Positions 38,501 to 51,200 of a stretch of 64,000 bases of DNA are shown here, one piece after another. Both the position numbers and the translations under genes were made by a program. How positions within the stretch are numbered: position 1 is the first letter of the stretch; every line of letters starts with the position of its first letter. Under the pieces are notes generated by a model that saw only the letters and a list, made by a program, of their open reading frames with translations, made no database searches and was not told the origin of the DNA. The DNA lies in assembly GCA_051313645.2 (NCBI GenBank), contig JBNRSN020000007.1:182094001-182158000 (forward strand). The letters are read 5' to 3'. The DNA is from Centroscyllium fabricii (taxonomy: Eukaryota).

Positions 38501-39207
38501 GGGGGGGGCGACCTTAAGGGTCGAGAGGCCACAGGTAGTGTGTCGGGGGTGCTGCGCGGGGCTGCGGTTCCTGACCGTGAGCGAGGGAAGGGGCCCACCG
38601 AACGCCATGGTAACACTCTGGAGATGGCACTGGAAGTCCAGGCCCAGGAGTAATGGGGCGCAGAGCTGCGGCAGCACGAAAAAACTGAAATTATCGAAAA
38701 GCGCGCCCTGGACAGTTAGTGCTACTGCGCAACGCCCGGAGACGTCCGCAGATTCTGACTTAGAAGCCATCGAAATTCTTTGGCGCGCTGGTATTACTTT
38801 AAGGGAGAGGTGCTGTACTGTATCAGGATTAATGAAACTCACCGTGCTCCCACTGTCGAAAAGGCACACCACTTCTTGACCATTTACTTCAACCGGCATC
38901 ATCGATTTTCCCAGCGATTGGGCCTTGTCCTGATCGAGAGTCACTGATGCCAATATTGGGTCCACCGATTCTTCTTGATCCGAAGAGTAGTCCTCCGGGG
39001 CCGGTCCCCAAGATGGCTGCCGCCATGCGGTGTACTGTGGAGGGGGTGGCTGAGTCCAATATGGCGACTGCTGCCACGAGGGGTGCTGAGTGGGGGATGG
39101 GTGAGCCCAATATGGCTGCTCCCATGTTCCACACGCGGCGCTGCCCGGTTTCGGTTTTGTGGTTGCTTTACAGACCTTAGCATAGTGTCCTTTTTTTCCA
39201 CATTTCG
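35591..39207 (-). mobile_element. Mag-like Gypsy element F (3' LTR, pol, end of gag; 5' part lost)
   Basis: LTR 35591-35882, PPT AAAGAAGGGGTGAA, IN/RNase H ORF 35937-37862, RT YLDN, PR FDSGS, CGKKGHYAKVC. Confidence 0.9.
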
Positions 39208-39505
39208 ACCTCAAAAAGTGGTAGAGGCGGCCATTCGCCTCAAAGGCGGTGAAGTGGCGGTCTCCACGGTGGATGGGGAGCTGGTGGTATGCCGATTTAA
39301 GGTCAATGTCCATTTTCGATTGTGGCAGTTGGTGAGGCCGGGTCTGGTCCAGTGTTATCGATGCGAGCTGCGGGAGCTCCGTCGTCAGGCGTGGTGATGT
39401 CCACTGGTCGCACGCGGCTGAGTAGGCCTCAAGATGGCCGCCCTGTGGGAGAAAACGTGGTGCTGGTCCAAGATGGCTGCCCCCGTATTCACTGTGTGGA
39501 GGGGG

Positions 39506-42500
39506 TGACGTATCGTCAATTAACTCAATAAAGCCAAAGACGAGTAGTGACCTTAACTACAGGCTTTTATTGACTTACATAGGAGCTATACTCCAAACGA
39601 ACAACAGGTACAGAATGGACGGGGTCCGGTCAGTCCTCACCTATAAAGGGCCTCACCTGGGGGAGGAGTTAGAGGTGTGGCTGACCTGGCCCCACGACAG
39701 TGTCGCAACATCTCATGCACCCGACCACTATGTACACTAGTAATATTGGCACCAATATTACGGTGGTAATTTATACATATATGGTTACCACATTCACCCC
39801 TTCTTGAAAATTTAAGTCTGGCGGGGTAAATGGACAGAGCAGTTCATTATTAACTTGTCCGGCGGTCGCGTCTGTCTGGAGGACCGCCGGGGTTCTGGCA
39901 GAAGTTCTGTGTGATCCGTTCCGCTTGGGTCCGGTGGTGGTGACAGCGGCGCTGGTGCCGAAACTTCAGATGCTGGTGGTGGTGGTTGGTCCGAGCCATC
40001 TGAGTGGTGGTCTTGGGCTGGCCACGGCGGGGGCTCTGGATACCTTGGTGGCCACTGTAGGTGCAGGGGGTGGTCGAAATATCGTGGCTGGGCGGGCTGC
40101 TGCCCGACCAGTGGCTCTGCTGTGGTGCTCCCGGCGGGCGCTAGGTCCCTGATGGAGACGGTGTCCTCGTGCCCGTCCGGGAACTGCACGTAGGCGTACT
40201 GTGGGTTGGCGTGCAGGAGCTGCACCTTGTCTACCAGGGGGTCGGTCTTGTGGCCGCGGACGTGTTTCCTAAGGAAGACCGGCCCCGGCGTCGTGAGCCA
40301 CGGTGGAAGAGCTGTCCCCGAAGTCGACTTCCTGGGAAAGGAAAACATTAAATCATGAGGGGTGGCGTTGGTGGCCGTACACAGCAGAGAGCGTATCGAG
40401 TGCAGCGCGTCGGGGAGGACTGCCTGCCAATGAGACACTGGAAGGCCTCTGGACTTCAGAGCCAGGGTGACCGCCTTCCAGATGATCCCATTCTCCCTTT
40501 CTACCTGGCCGTTCCCCCGGGCGTTGTAACTGGTCGTTCTGCTCGAGGCAACCCCTTTCTGGAGCAGAAACTGCCGCAGTTCATCGCTCATGAACGATGA
40601 TCCCCGGTCGCTATGAATGTAGCTGGGGAGACCGAAAATGGCGAACAGTGTGGTGAAGTGCCTTATCACTGTTGCGCTTGTCATATCTGGGCAGGGGAAG
40701 GCGAAGGGGAAGCAGGAGAACTCGTCTACGACCGTGAGGAAGTACGAATTGCGGTCGGTGGAGGGGAGGGGGCCTTTGAAGTCCACGTTTAGACGTTCAA
40801 AGGGGCGGGTGGCCTTAATGAGGTGCACCGTGTCTGGCCTGAAAAATTGGGGTTTCCACTCGGCGCAGACAGGGCACTCTCGGGTCATAGCCTTGATCTC
40901 CGTGATGGAGTAGGGGAGGCTACGGGATCTAATGAAGTGGGCGAGTCTGGTGACACCCGGGTGACAGAGGCAATCGTGGAGGTCCTTCAGCCGTTCTAGC
41001 TGGGCACTGGCGCACGTTCCCCTGGACAGTGCGTCCGGGGGTTCATTGAGTTTGCCTGGTCGGTAAAGAATGTCGTACTCATAAGTCGAGAGCTCGATCC
41101 GCCACCGCAGGATCTTATCATTGTTGATCTTACCCTTTTGTTTATTATTAAACATAAACGCAACCGACCGCTGGTCGGTGAGTAGGGTAAAACGCTTACC
41201 GGCCAGGTAATGACGCCAGTAGCGCACGGCCTCCACGATGGCCTGGGCCTCCTTTTCCACTGCAGAGTGGCGAATTTCGTGTCCCTGTAAGGTGCGGGAG
41301 AAAAACGCTATGGGCCTGCCTGCCTGATTCAGGGTGGCGGCAAGGGCAAAGTCCGAAGCGTCACTCTCCACCTGGAAAGGGATGGATTCATCAACGGCGT
41401 GCATGGTCGCCTTGATGATGTCTTCCTTTATCCGGGCGAATGCCGTTTGGGCTTCTACCGAGAGGGGGAAGGCGGCAGCCTTGAGGAGTGGTCTAGCCTT
41501 GTCCGCGAACTGTGGGACCCATTGTGCGTAATAGGAGAAAAATCCTAGGCATCTCCTCAAGGCTTTGGGGTTGTGAGGAAGGGGCAGTTCCTGCAATGGG
41601 CGCATACGCTGTGGGTCGGGGCCGAGGACCCCGTTCTCCACCACGTATCCGAGGATGGCGAGCCGATCTGTATTAAAGACACATTTGTCCTTGTTATATG
41701 TTAGATCCAGCTGTTTCGCCGTGTCAAGGAATTTGGCCAGATTGGCATCGTGGTCCTGCTGGTCATGGCCGCAGATAGTCACGTTGTCCAGGTAGGGGAA
41801 GGTGGCCTGCAACCCGTTCTGGTCAACCATGCGGTCCATCTCCCGCTGGAATACCGACACTCCGTTGGTCACGCCGAAGGGGACCCGGAGGAAGTGGTAG
41901 AGCAGACCGTTCGCCTCGAAGGCGGTGTACGGGCGGTCGGCTTTCCGGATCGGGAGTTGGTGATACGCCGACATAAGGTCGATTGTTGAGAACACCTTGT
42001 ATTGGGCGATCTGGTTGACCATGTCCGAGATGCGGGGGAGGGGGTAGGCATCGAGCCCGGTGTAGCGGTTAATAGTCTGGCTGTAATCGATAACCAGCCG
42101 CTGTTTCTCGCCAGTCTTCACCACTACAACCTGGGCCCGCCAGGGGCTGGTGCTGGCTTCAATTATCCCCTCCTTCAGCATACGCCCGACCTCCGACCTG
42201 ATAAATGTCCGATCCCCCACACTGTACCGCCGACTCTTGGTAGCAATAGGCTTGCAGTTGGGGTCGAGATTGGCGAACAGTGAGGGGGGGTCGATTTTCA
42301 GGGTGGAGAGGCCGCAGGCCGGGCTCCACTTTGGGAACCATATATGTGTATTAATTACCACCGTAATATTGGTGCCAATATTACAAATATGCATAGTGGT
42401 CGGGTGCATGAGATGTTGCAACACTGTCGTGGGGCCAGGTCAGCCACACCTCTAACTCCTCCCTCAGGTCAGGCCCTTTATAGGTGGGGACTGACCGGAC

Positions 42501-44605
42501 CCCGTCCATTCTGTACCTGTTGTTCGTTCGGAGAATAGCTCCGTTGTAAGTCAATAAAAGCCTGTAGTTAAGGTCACTACTCGTCTTTGGCTTTATTGAG
42601 TTAATTGACGATACGTCACCCGCCGAACTCCATTGTCACGCTCTTAAGGTGGCACTGGAAATCCAGTCCCAGTAAGGTTGGGGCGCACAGTTGCTTGAGG
42701 ATGTACAACTTAAAGTTGCGGTACACGCAACCCTTGACTGTGAGCGTGACGGAGCAGTAGCCGGTGACTTGGTAGCTCGTGGGCAGGATCTGCAGTCCAT
42801 AGCGCCGCGCTGTATCAGGGTGAATGAAGCTCTCTGTGCTTCCAGTGTCGAACAGGCAGTTGGTAGTATGGCCGTTGACTTTAATCGGCATAATTGAGTT
42901 CGATAGGGTGTGCGGCCTAGCCTGATCGACTTTTGGGATGGCTGAGGCCGAAGTGTGTGTTTGTGTGTGGGGGCCCCCTGCTGGTTGGGGCTGAACACAA
43001 GATGGCGGCGCCCGTGGTTCGCAAATGGCGGGCCGCTGGAGGCAAGGTGGCGGCGCCGGGGGTCGCACATGGCGGGCCGCTGGAGACAAGATGGCGGCGC
43101 CGAGGGGTCGCACATGGCGGGCCGCTGGAGGCAAGATGGCGGCGCCCGTGGTTCGCACGCGGCTGACCGCTGTGAGCGCGTTGGCAGCGCCCGTGGTTCG
43201 CACGCAGCGGGCCGCGGTGGCTGGGTTGGTGTTGCCCGTGGTTCGCACGCAGCGAGCCGCGGTGGTTGGGTTGGCGGTGCCCGTGATTCGCACGCAGCGG
43301 GCCGCGCTGGGCGTGATGCCGGCGTTGGGGGGTCGCGCCTGGCCGGCCGTGGCTGAGCTTGGCGTGCCGTGGTTGCAGCCGGCCTTTGCCGCATCAGGGT
43401 GGGAGATGGGGGCGCTTTTTCTCTACCCCCGGACCGTCGCTGGATCGCGCTGCAATTGCAGCTTACCTGAGACCTGGTGGAGCTTTCACAGGCTGCGCTG
43501 TTGTACCTGGAGTTGGGCGCCGGGGCTGATCTGCAGGCCTTTGCATAGTGTCCCTTCTTGGAGCACCTCTCGCAGGTCGCGGTCTTTGCTGGGCATCTCG
43601 CCCATGGATGTAATCCCTGGCCGCAGAAGTAGCACTTTTTGTCCGCCGGCGTCTTCGCGGCTGTCGCTGCCATCGTGGGGGTCTCGGCCCGTTGTGGTGC
43701 TGCCCAGGCCTGGACCCGTTGTGGTGCCGCCCACGCGTCATAGACCTGCGGGCTTGTGCCGCTGTACGCCTGCAGCTTGTGGCGTGCACCTTCCACCGAG
43801 TTCGAGATGGAGATCGCCTCCTCTAGAGTTAGGGAGTCTTTCTCTAGCAGCCGCTGGCGGGCCTCTACGCACCTTAGTCCTGTTACATAGGCATCTCGGA
43901 CGAGGAGATTCGCCTCCTCCTCTGCCGTCCGTGGTTGGCAGCCACAGACCCGTACCAGGGCTTGGAGTGCCTGCTCGAACTGTTCATTAGACTCACCCGG
44001 TAGTTGTGGTCTGGTCGCGAGCACATGTCTGGCATAGACAGAGTGGACCGGGCGCTCGTAGCATTTTCGCAGTTTCTCCACCGCCACTGGGTACGTTTTG
44101 GCGTCCTGGATGAGGGAGAATACTCGGCTGGAGATCCTGGACCGGAGAACCTGTAGCTTGTTCCCGTCGGTTGTAGCCTTGGCGGCGTCCATGTAGGCCT
44201 CCAGGAGACCGAACCAGTGTTCGAAGGTAGTGGCGGCGGCTGGGTCCTGTGGACTGATGTCCAGCTTCTCTGGTTTTACCGCGCCGCTCTCCATTTCGAA
44301 TTTTTAAGGCAATAAAATTGACGTATCGTCAATTAACTCAATAAAGCCAAAGACGAGTAGTGACCTTAACTACAGGCTTTTATTGACTTACATAGGAGCT
44401 ATACTCTGAACGAACAACAGGTACAGAATGGACAGGGTCCGGTCAGTCCTCACCTATAAAGGGCCTCACCTGGGGGAGGAGTTAGAGGTGTGGCTGACCT
44501 GGCCCCACGACAGTGTCGCAACATCTCATGCACCCGACCGCTATGTACACTAGTAATATTGGCACCAATATTACGGTGGTAATTTATACATATATGGTTA
44601 CCACA
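39506..44605 (-). mobile_element. Mag-like Gypsy element D, full length, nested in gag of element C
   Basis: Near-identical LTRs 39506-39792 and 44319-44605, TSD GGGGG, gag 42636-44294 with double Zn knuckle, PR FDTGS, RT-RH-IN 39812-42330. Confidence 0.95.
42332..42618 (+). mobile_element. Inverted lone LTR of element D's own family inside its pol
   Basis: Reverse complement of the 39506-39792 LTR, lying between PR (TMEFGG) and RT (CGLSTLK). Confidence 0.9.
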
Positions 44606-45238
44606 GGGGGGGAGGGTGCAAGATGGTCGTCCGATCCAAGATGGCCGCTGCCACAGTCGCCACGTGGGGGTGAGTGCTGGTTGCCCCAAAATGGCCGCTC
44701 TGATGGAGCCCACGCGGCGCTGCTGGAGGGGGATGGTCTGCTCTTACAGACTGCTGCATAATGTCCCTTCTTCTTGCAGCTGGAGCACAGCGCTTCTTTA
44801 ACAGGGCAGCGCTGCCTGGGGTGTTTTGACTGTCCACAGAAATAGCACTTCTGGGGTCGGGCCGCTGCCGCAGACGTGAGTGGGGGCACAGCGGTGGTCA
44901 TCTCGCCCGCCCACGAGGTCAGCGCTCGCGCACCATGCTGGTCGTAGGACTCTCTTTGCAAGTGCGCAGCCTCCAGCGATTCTGCCAGCGCTTCAGCTGC
45001 TGCCAGGCCTATGTTACTCTGCTCCAGCAGCCGCTGGCGCGTATAGGATGACCTGAGTCCAGCCACTAGCGCATCCCTTAGGATTATGTCCTGGTGCTCG
45101 TTGGCTCTCAGCGGCCTACAATTGCAGGTGCGCACGAGCGTTCGCAACGCTGCCATATAGTTCGTTAAAGACTCACCAGGCTGTTGTTTCCTGTTCAACA
45201 GTAGATGCCTGGTGTAGATCTCGTTCGTCGGTATCGTG

Positions 45239-48200
45239 AATCATAGAATCATAGAATCATAGAAGATAGGAGCAGGAGTAGGCCATTCAGCCCTTCGAGC
45301 CTGCTCCGCCATTCAATGAGATCATGGCTGATCTTTAGCAAGCTAGTACCCCGTCCCCGCCTTTTCTCCATAACCTTTAATCCCTTTAGCTTGAAGAAAT
45401 ATATCCAATTCCCTCTTGAATATGTTTAATGAACTGGCCTCCACCGCCCTCTGTGGCAGGGAATTCCACAGGCCCACCACTCTCTGAGTGAAGAAATTCT
45501 TCCTCATGTCTGTCCTAAATGGTTTACCCCTTATCCTTAGACTGTGGCCCCTGGTTCTGGACTCCCCCGCCATTGGAAATATTCTCTCTGAATCTAACCT
45601 GTCCAGACCTTTCAGAATTTTATATGTCTCAATGAGATCGCCTCTCAATCTTCTAAACTCCAACGAGTACAAGCCCAGACTACACAATCTCTCTTCGTAG
45701 GTCATTCCTGCCATTCCAGGAATCAGCCTGGTGAAACGCCGCTGCACTCCTTCCATGGCAAGAACATCCTTCCTCAGGCGAGGCGACCAGAACTGTACAC
45801 AATACTCGAGGTGTGGTCTCACCAGTGCCTTGTACAGCTGCAGTAAGGTATTGTGGCGGTACACCCACGGGGATATCGAATCCGCCAGCGGGGCTTCGCG
45901 GAGCAGAGCTCCGCTCATCCGGGTGATGCGACTACGTCATCACGTCGGCCGACGCGATGACGTCACCAACCGCGGGACCGTTTGAATATGCCTGTCCTGA
46001 GTGATTCTGCCTCTTTCTTGTTTTTCACTTGTTAGTAAAGCTGTGTTTTCTCTAGCTCTGGCTCACGTGTGGTTTTTGAGACTGCTGGCGCTTCAGTGGT
46101 GACCCCGACAACTGGAACGAATTCCAGGAAAGAAAAAGCTGCCACAGGATCTGGGACCTCCAGCCAAAGACTTTCTTACAGAAACATGGTCAACACAAGG
46201 AACCAAGCTCCACGAACGCAAGGAGCTGGACAGAACGCCGGGCACGGACTTATTTTACCCGAGTTCTGGGAGCAACGGCCAGCGGCCTGGTTTGGCTGCA
46301 TAGAGGCCAGCTGCCGCTCACATGGCATCAACGGGGACGACCGCTACGACTTGGTGTTCACAGCCCTTCCTCGGACGACCATCGATAGGATGTGGTCAAA
46401 GATCCAGCGCATGCCCTCCGCAGGCAGGTATGAAACGCTTAAGGCCGCGCTCATTAAGAAATTTAGCCCCTCCCAGTTTGAACGCGACTGCCAGCTCCTG
46501 GACCTCCCCGAGCTCGGGGACGCAGACCCATCGGACCTCCTAGGTCAGATGCAGGCGCTCACTCCCAATCCCGCCACCCTATTTCGCACCGTCTTCCTCC
46601 TCAAATTGCCCCGCGCCATCAGACCGGCCTTAGCGGCCCTAGGCCATCGCAGCGACGATGAGCTCGGCGAGGAAGCCGACAGGCTGATGGAGGCGCAGTG
46701 CACCCGCTCCACCACGTGCGACCCTAACTCGGCATCGGTAGAGCGCAGCTATTCACCCCCCAGGCACAACTTTATGCCTGAACCTAGGGCCCCGCGCCCG
46801 CCCAAACAACCGCGTCCCTCGAGCACCGGCTGGTGCTACTACCACACGCGGTTCGATCATAAAGCGCACCGCTGCGTCCAGCCATGCGCGTTTAAACCCA
46901 GGCCCACCTCAGCCCCCACCATGTCTGTAGGCCACACAGGAGCACTGCTCTTCGCCACAGACAGCGGTACCGGCCTCAGGTTCCTCTGCGACACAGGCGC
47001 GCAGCACAGCATTGTGCCAGCCTCCCCTGCAGAAACCAAACGAGGCACCCGGGGCCCGCCACTAGCGGCAGCCAACGGGTCCAATATAACAATGTACGGC
47101 ACCCGCAAGCTAACCATAACCCTTGCAAGCCACGTGTACACCTGGGATTTTGTAACGGCCCAGGTCACCTCTCCCCTCCTCGGGGAAGACTTCCTCTGCG
47201 CCTACGGCCTACTGGTCGATGTAACTCGGCGCCGCCTGGTGAATTTAAACACCATGACGACCATCCCATGTTCCACAGGGCCCGCACTCGTGGCCCACGC
47301 GGCAGCCCAATGCCGCTCCGGGGACCCCGATGCCTACGGCACGCTCCTGGCAGAATTCCCCGCCCTCACCAACCCCACGTTCACCGCCCGCAAGGCCAAA
47401 CACGGGGTGGAACATTTAATAACGACCACAGGTCCCCCCGTCCATGCCCACGCCCGCAGGCTCGACCCAGCCAAGCAGGAGAACGCGCTCACCGAGTTCC
47501 GCACTATGGAGCAACTCGGCATAATCCGCCACTCCAACAGCCCCTGGGCCTCACCCCTCCACCTAGCCCCCAAGCCCGACGGAGGCTGGCGCCCCTGCGG
47601 CGACTACCGCCGCCTTAACAACGCCACCACCCCGGATAGGTACCCCGTACCCCACATCCAGGATTTTTCCGCCAGATTGGCAGGGCGTACGATCTTTTCC
47701 AAGATCGACCTGGTGCGTGGCTACCACCAGGTGCCCGTACACCCGGCGGACATTCCCAAAACGGCCGTAATTACCCCCTTCGGGCTCTTCGAATTTCTGA
47801 GGATGCCCTTCGGCCTCAAAAATGCGGCCCAGGCCTTCCAGCGCCTCATGGACTCAGTCCTCAGGGACTTGTAGTTCATATTCGTCTATTTAGACGACAT
47901 CCTCGTGGCCAGCACCTCTCCCCAGGAACACCTCCTGCACCTCAGGACCCTGTTCCAGCGCCTTACCGAGCATGGCCTTATCCTTAGCCCCACCAAATGT
48001 AAGTTCGGCCTCAGGACCATTGACTTCCTCGGCCACCGAATTTCGCCCACAGGGGCCATTCCCCTGCCCTCCAAGGTGCAAGCGGTACAGGAATTTCCCC
48101 GCCCGCATACCATTAAGGGGCTGCAGGAATTTTTGGAGATGGTAACTTCTATAACCGGCTCATCCCCGGAGCAGCCGCTCTCATGGCCGCATTATATCAG

Positions 48201-51200
48201 GCCACCCGCGGGCAGTCCAACAAGGCTGCGGTGGTGTGGACGGCCGACGCCGCCACCGCCTTCACCGCAACTAAAACGGCCTTGGCTAACGCCACCCTCC
48301 TGGCCCACCCTAGGCCCAACGCCAGAGTAGCCCTTACCACCGACGCCTCCGACCACGCGGTCGGGGCCGTATTCGAACAATGGACTGGCGACTCGTGGCA
48401 ACCCCTGGCCTTTTTCAGCCGACAACTCCGGCCCCCAGAGGTAAAATACAGCGCCTTTGATAGGGAGCTACTGGCTCTCCATCTGGCGGTGCGACATTTT
48501 CGCTTCCTCCTGGAGGGCCGACACTTTACAGCCTTCAGCGACCACAAGCCACTCACGTTTGCGATGGCTAAGGTCGCTGAACCCTGGTCGGCCAGGCAGC
48601 AGCGCCAACTCACGGCCGTGTCGGAATTCACAACCGACATTCAGCATATTTCCGGCCGCGGCAACGTGGTCGCTGACTGCCTCTCACGCCCCACCATTAA
48701 CGCCGCCCAAATGGCGGTCGATTACGCCCAGCTGGCCGCTGACCAGCTGACCGACCCTGACCTACTCAACGCAGCAACTAAGCTCCCCGGCCTACATTTG
48801 GCCAATATCGCGCACGGCCCCGCTGCCACCGTCGTATGCTGCGACGTTTCGTTACCGCAACCCAGGCCAGTTGTGCCCCACGCTTGGAGGCAACACATCT
48901 TTAGGACCCTCCACGACCTGTCCCACCCCGGCACCCGCGCGTCCATTAGGCTAGTATCGGCCCGTTTCGTATGGCGTGGCCTGCGCAGGGACGTCCGCGT
49001 CTGGGCCACCTCCTGCATAGCCTGCCAGCGCTCCAAAGTGCACAAGCACATCAGGGCACCGCTGGAAAATTTTAAGGTACCGGCCAGGCGTTTTGACCAC
49101 GTCCATATCGACCCCGTCGGGCCACTACCGCCATCTCGCGGCCACACGCACCTATTGACCATGGTTGACCGTAACACTCGCTGGCCTGAAGCAGTCCCCC
49201 TTACCGCCACCAGCACCACGGACCTGGCCAGGGCGTTTATCGCCACCTGGGTCGCCCGATTCGGCATGCCCACGGACATCACCTCCGACAGAGGAACCCA
49301 GTTTACGTCGACGCTATGGGCGGCCATCGCCCGCGACCTCGGGGTGACACTACACAGAACCACCGCATACCATCCACAGGCGAACGGCCTATGCGAACGG
49401 TTCCACCGCTCGATGAAGGCATCACTACGGGCCACGCTGAAAGACGCATCATGGACCGACCGCCTTCCATGGGTCCACCTCGGGCTGCGCTCGGCAGTCA
49501 AAGAAGACCTCAACGCCTCAGCAGCAGAGCTCGTCTACGGCCAAGCTTTAACGGTGCAGGGCGAATTTCTGGCTGAGGCCAACGCGCCCTGGTCAGCAGA
49601 CCAATATCTGAAAGACTGGGCAAATCCGGCACGAGCCTTCCAGCCACTACCAGTGGCCCGGCATGGAGAGCCGGCAGCTCGGGTGCCAGAGGACATTAAA
49701 AATGCCAAATGGGTGTTCATCCGGCGCGATGGACACCGAGCTCCACTACAGCCACCTTACGATGGCCCATACAGAGTGCTTCGGGCGGGAGCTAAAACTT
49801 TTGAATTACAATGGGGCAACAGAACTGAAACTGTAACGATAGACCGGCTCAAGCTGGCACATGTGACAGCGGGCGAGACCACGGTCCCCGCACAACCACC
49901 TCAACGCGGTCGCCCTCCCGCAACAAAACCCGCCCACACTCCAACGCAGAACCAGAGACTACTAGCAACACGGTCCGGCCGCATTATCCAGCCGCCCCAA
50001 CGACACACATAGACACTTTGCACTATTACTCCCGGACGGATTCTGGGGGGAACTGTGTGGCGGTACACCCACGGGGATATCGAATCCGCCAGCGGGGCTT
50101 CGCGGAGCAGAGCTCCGCTCATCCGGGTGATGCGACTACGTCATCACGTCGGCCGACGCGATGACGTCACCAACCGCGGGACCGTTTGAATATGCCTGTC
50201 CTGAGTGATTCTGCCTCTTTCTTGTTTTTCACTTGTTAGTAAAGCTGTGTTTTCTCTAGCTCTGGCTCACGTGTGGTTTTTGAGACTGCTGGCGCTTCAG
50301 TATCCTTATTCCTATACTCGAACCCTCTTGATATGAAGGCCAACATACCATTTGCCTTCCCAACCGCCTGCTGCACCTGCGTGCTTGCCTTCAGCGACTG
50401 GTGCACAAGAACACCCAGGTCTCTCTGCACCTCCCCATCTCCCAATCTATTGCCATTTAAGTAGTAATCTACCCTCCTGTTTTTGCCCCCAAAGTGGATA
50501 ACCTCACATTTATCCACATTATAGTGCATCTGCCATCTATCTGCCCAGTCCCCCAACTTATCCAAATTGCCCTGTAACTTCCTGACACCCTCTTCAGAGC
50601 CTGCCCCCCCTCCTAGTTTGGTGTCATCCGCGAATTTGGAGATATTACATTCAATTCCCTGATCCAGATCATTAATATATATTGTAAACAGCTGAGGTCC
50701 CAGGACAGACCCCTGCGGTACTCCACTAGTCACCGGCTGCCACTCAGAAAACGAGCCGTTAATTCCAACTCTCTGTTTTTTGTCTGCCAACCAGTTCTCT
50801 ATCCACATCAAAACTTTGCCCCCAATCCCATGAGCCTTAATTTTACATGCTAATCTTTTATGTGGAACCTTATCGAAGGCTTTCTGGAAGTCAAGGTACA
50901 CCACATCTACTGGCTCTCCCCCATCTATTTTCCGAGTTACTTCCTCAAAGAATTCCAATAGATTAGTTAAACATGATTTACCTTTTGTAAACCCGTGTTG
51001 ACTCTGTCCGATCTCATCCCTAATTGTCAAATGCTCCGAGATTACATCCTTGATAATGGACTCGAGCATTTTGCCCACTACTGATGTAAGGCTTACTGGT
51101 CTATAATTCCCTGCTTTCTCTCTGCCCCCCTTTTTAAATAGTGGGGTAACATTAGCCACCCTCCAATCCGTGGGTACTGATCCAGAGTCTATCGAGTTCT

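Noticed and set aside
42330-42424. Unusual N-terminus of the 870-aa pol ORF
   Set aside because: Read-in from the inverted LTR, not a real domain.
43025-43990. 321-aa plus-strand ORF and other antisense ORFs over GC-rich gag/pol
   Set aside because: Low-complexity shadows of GC-rich repeats and coding strands; no recognisable motifs.
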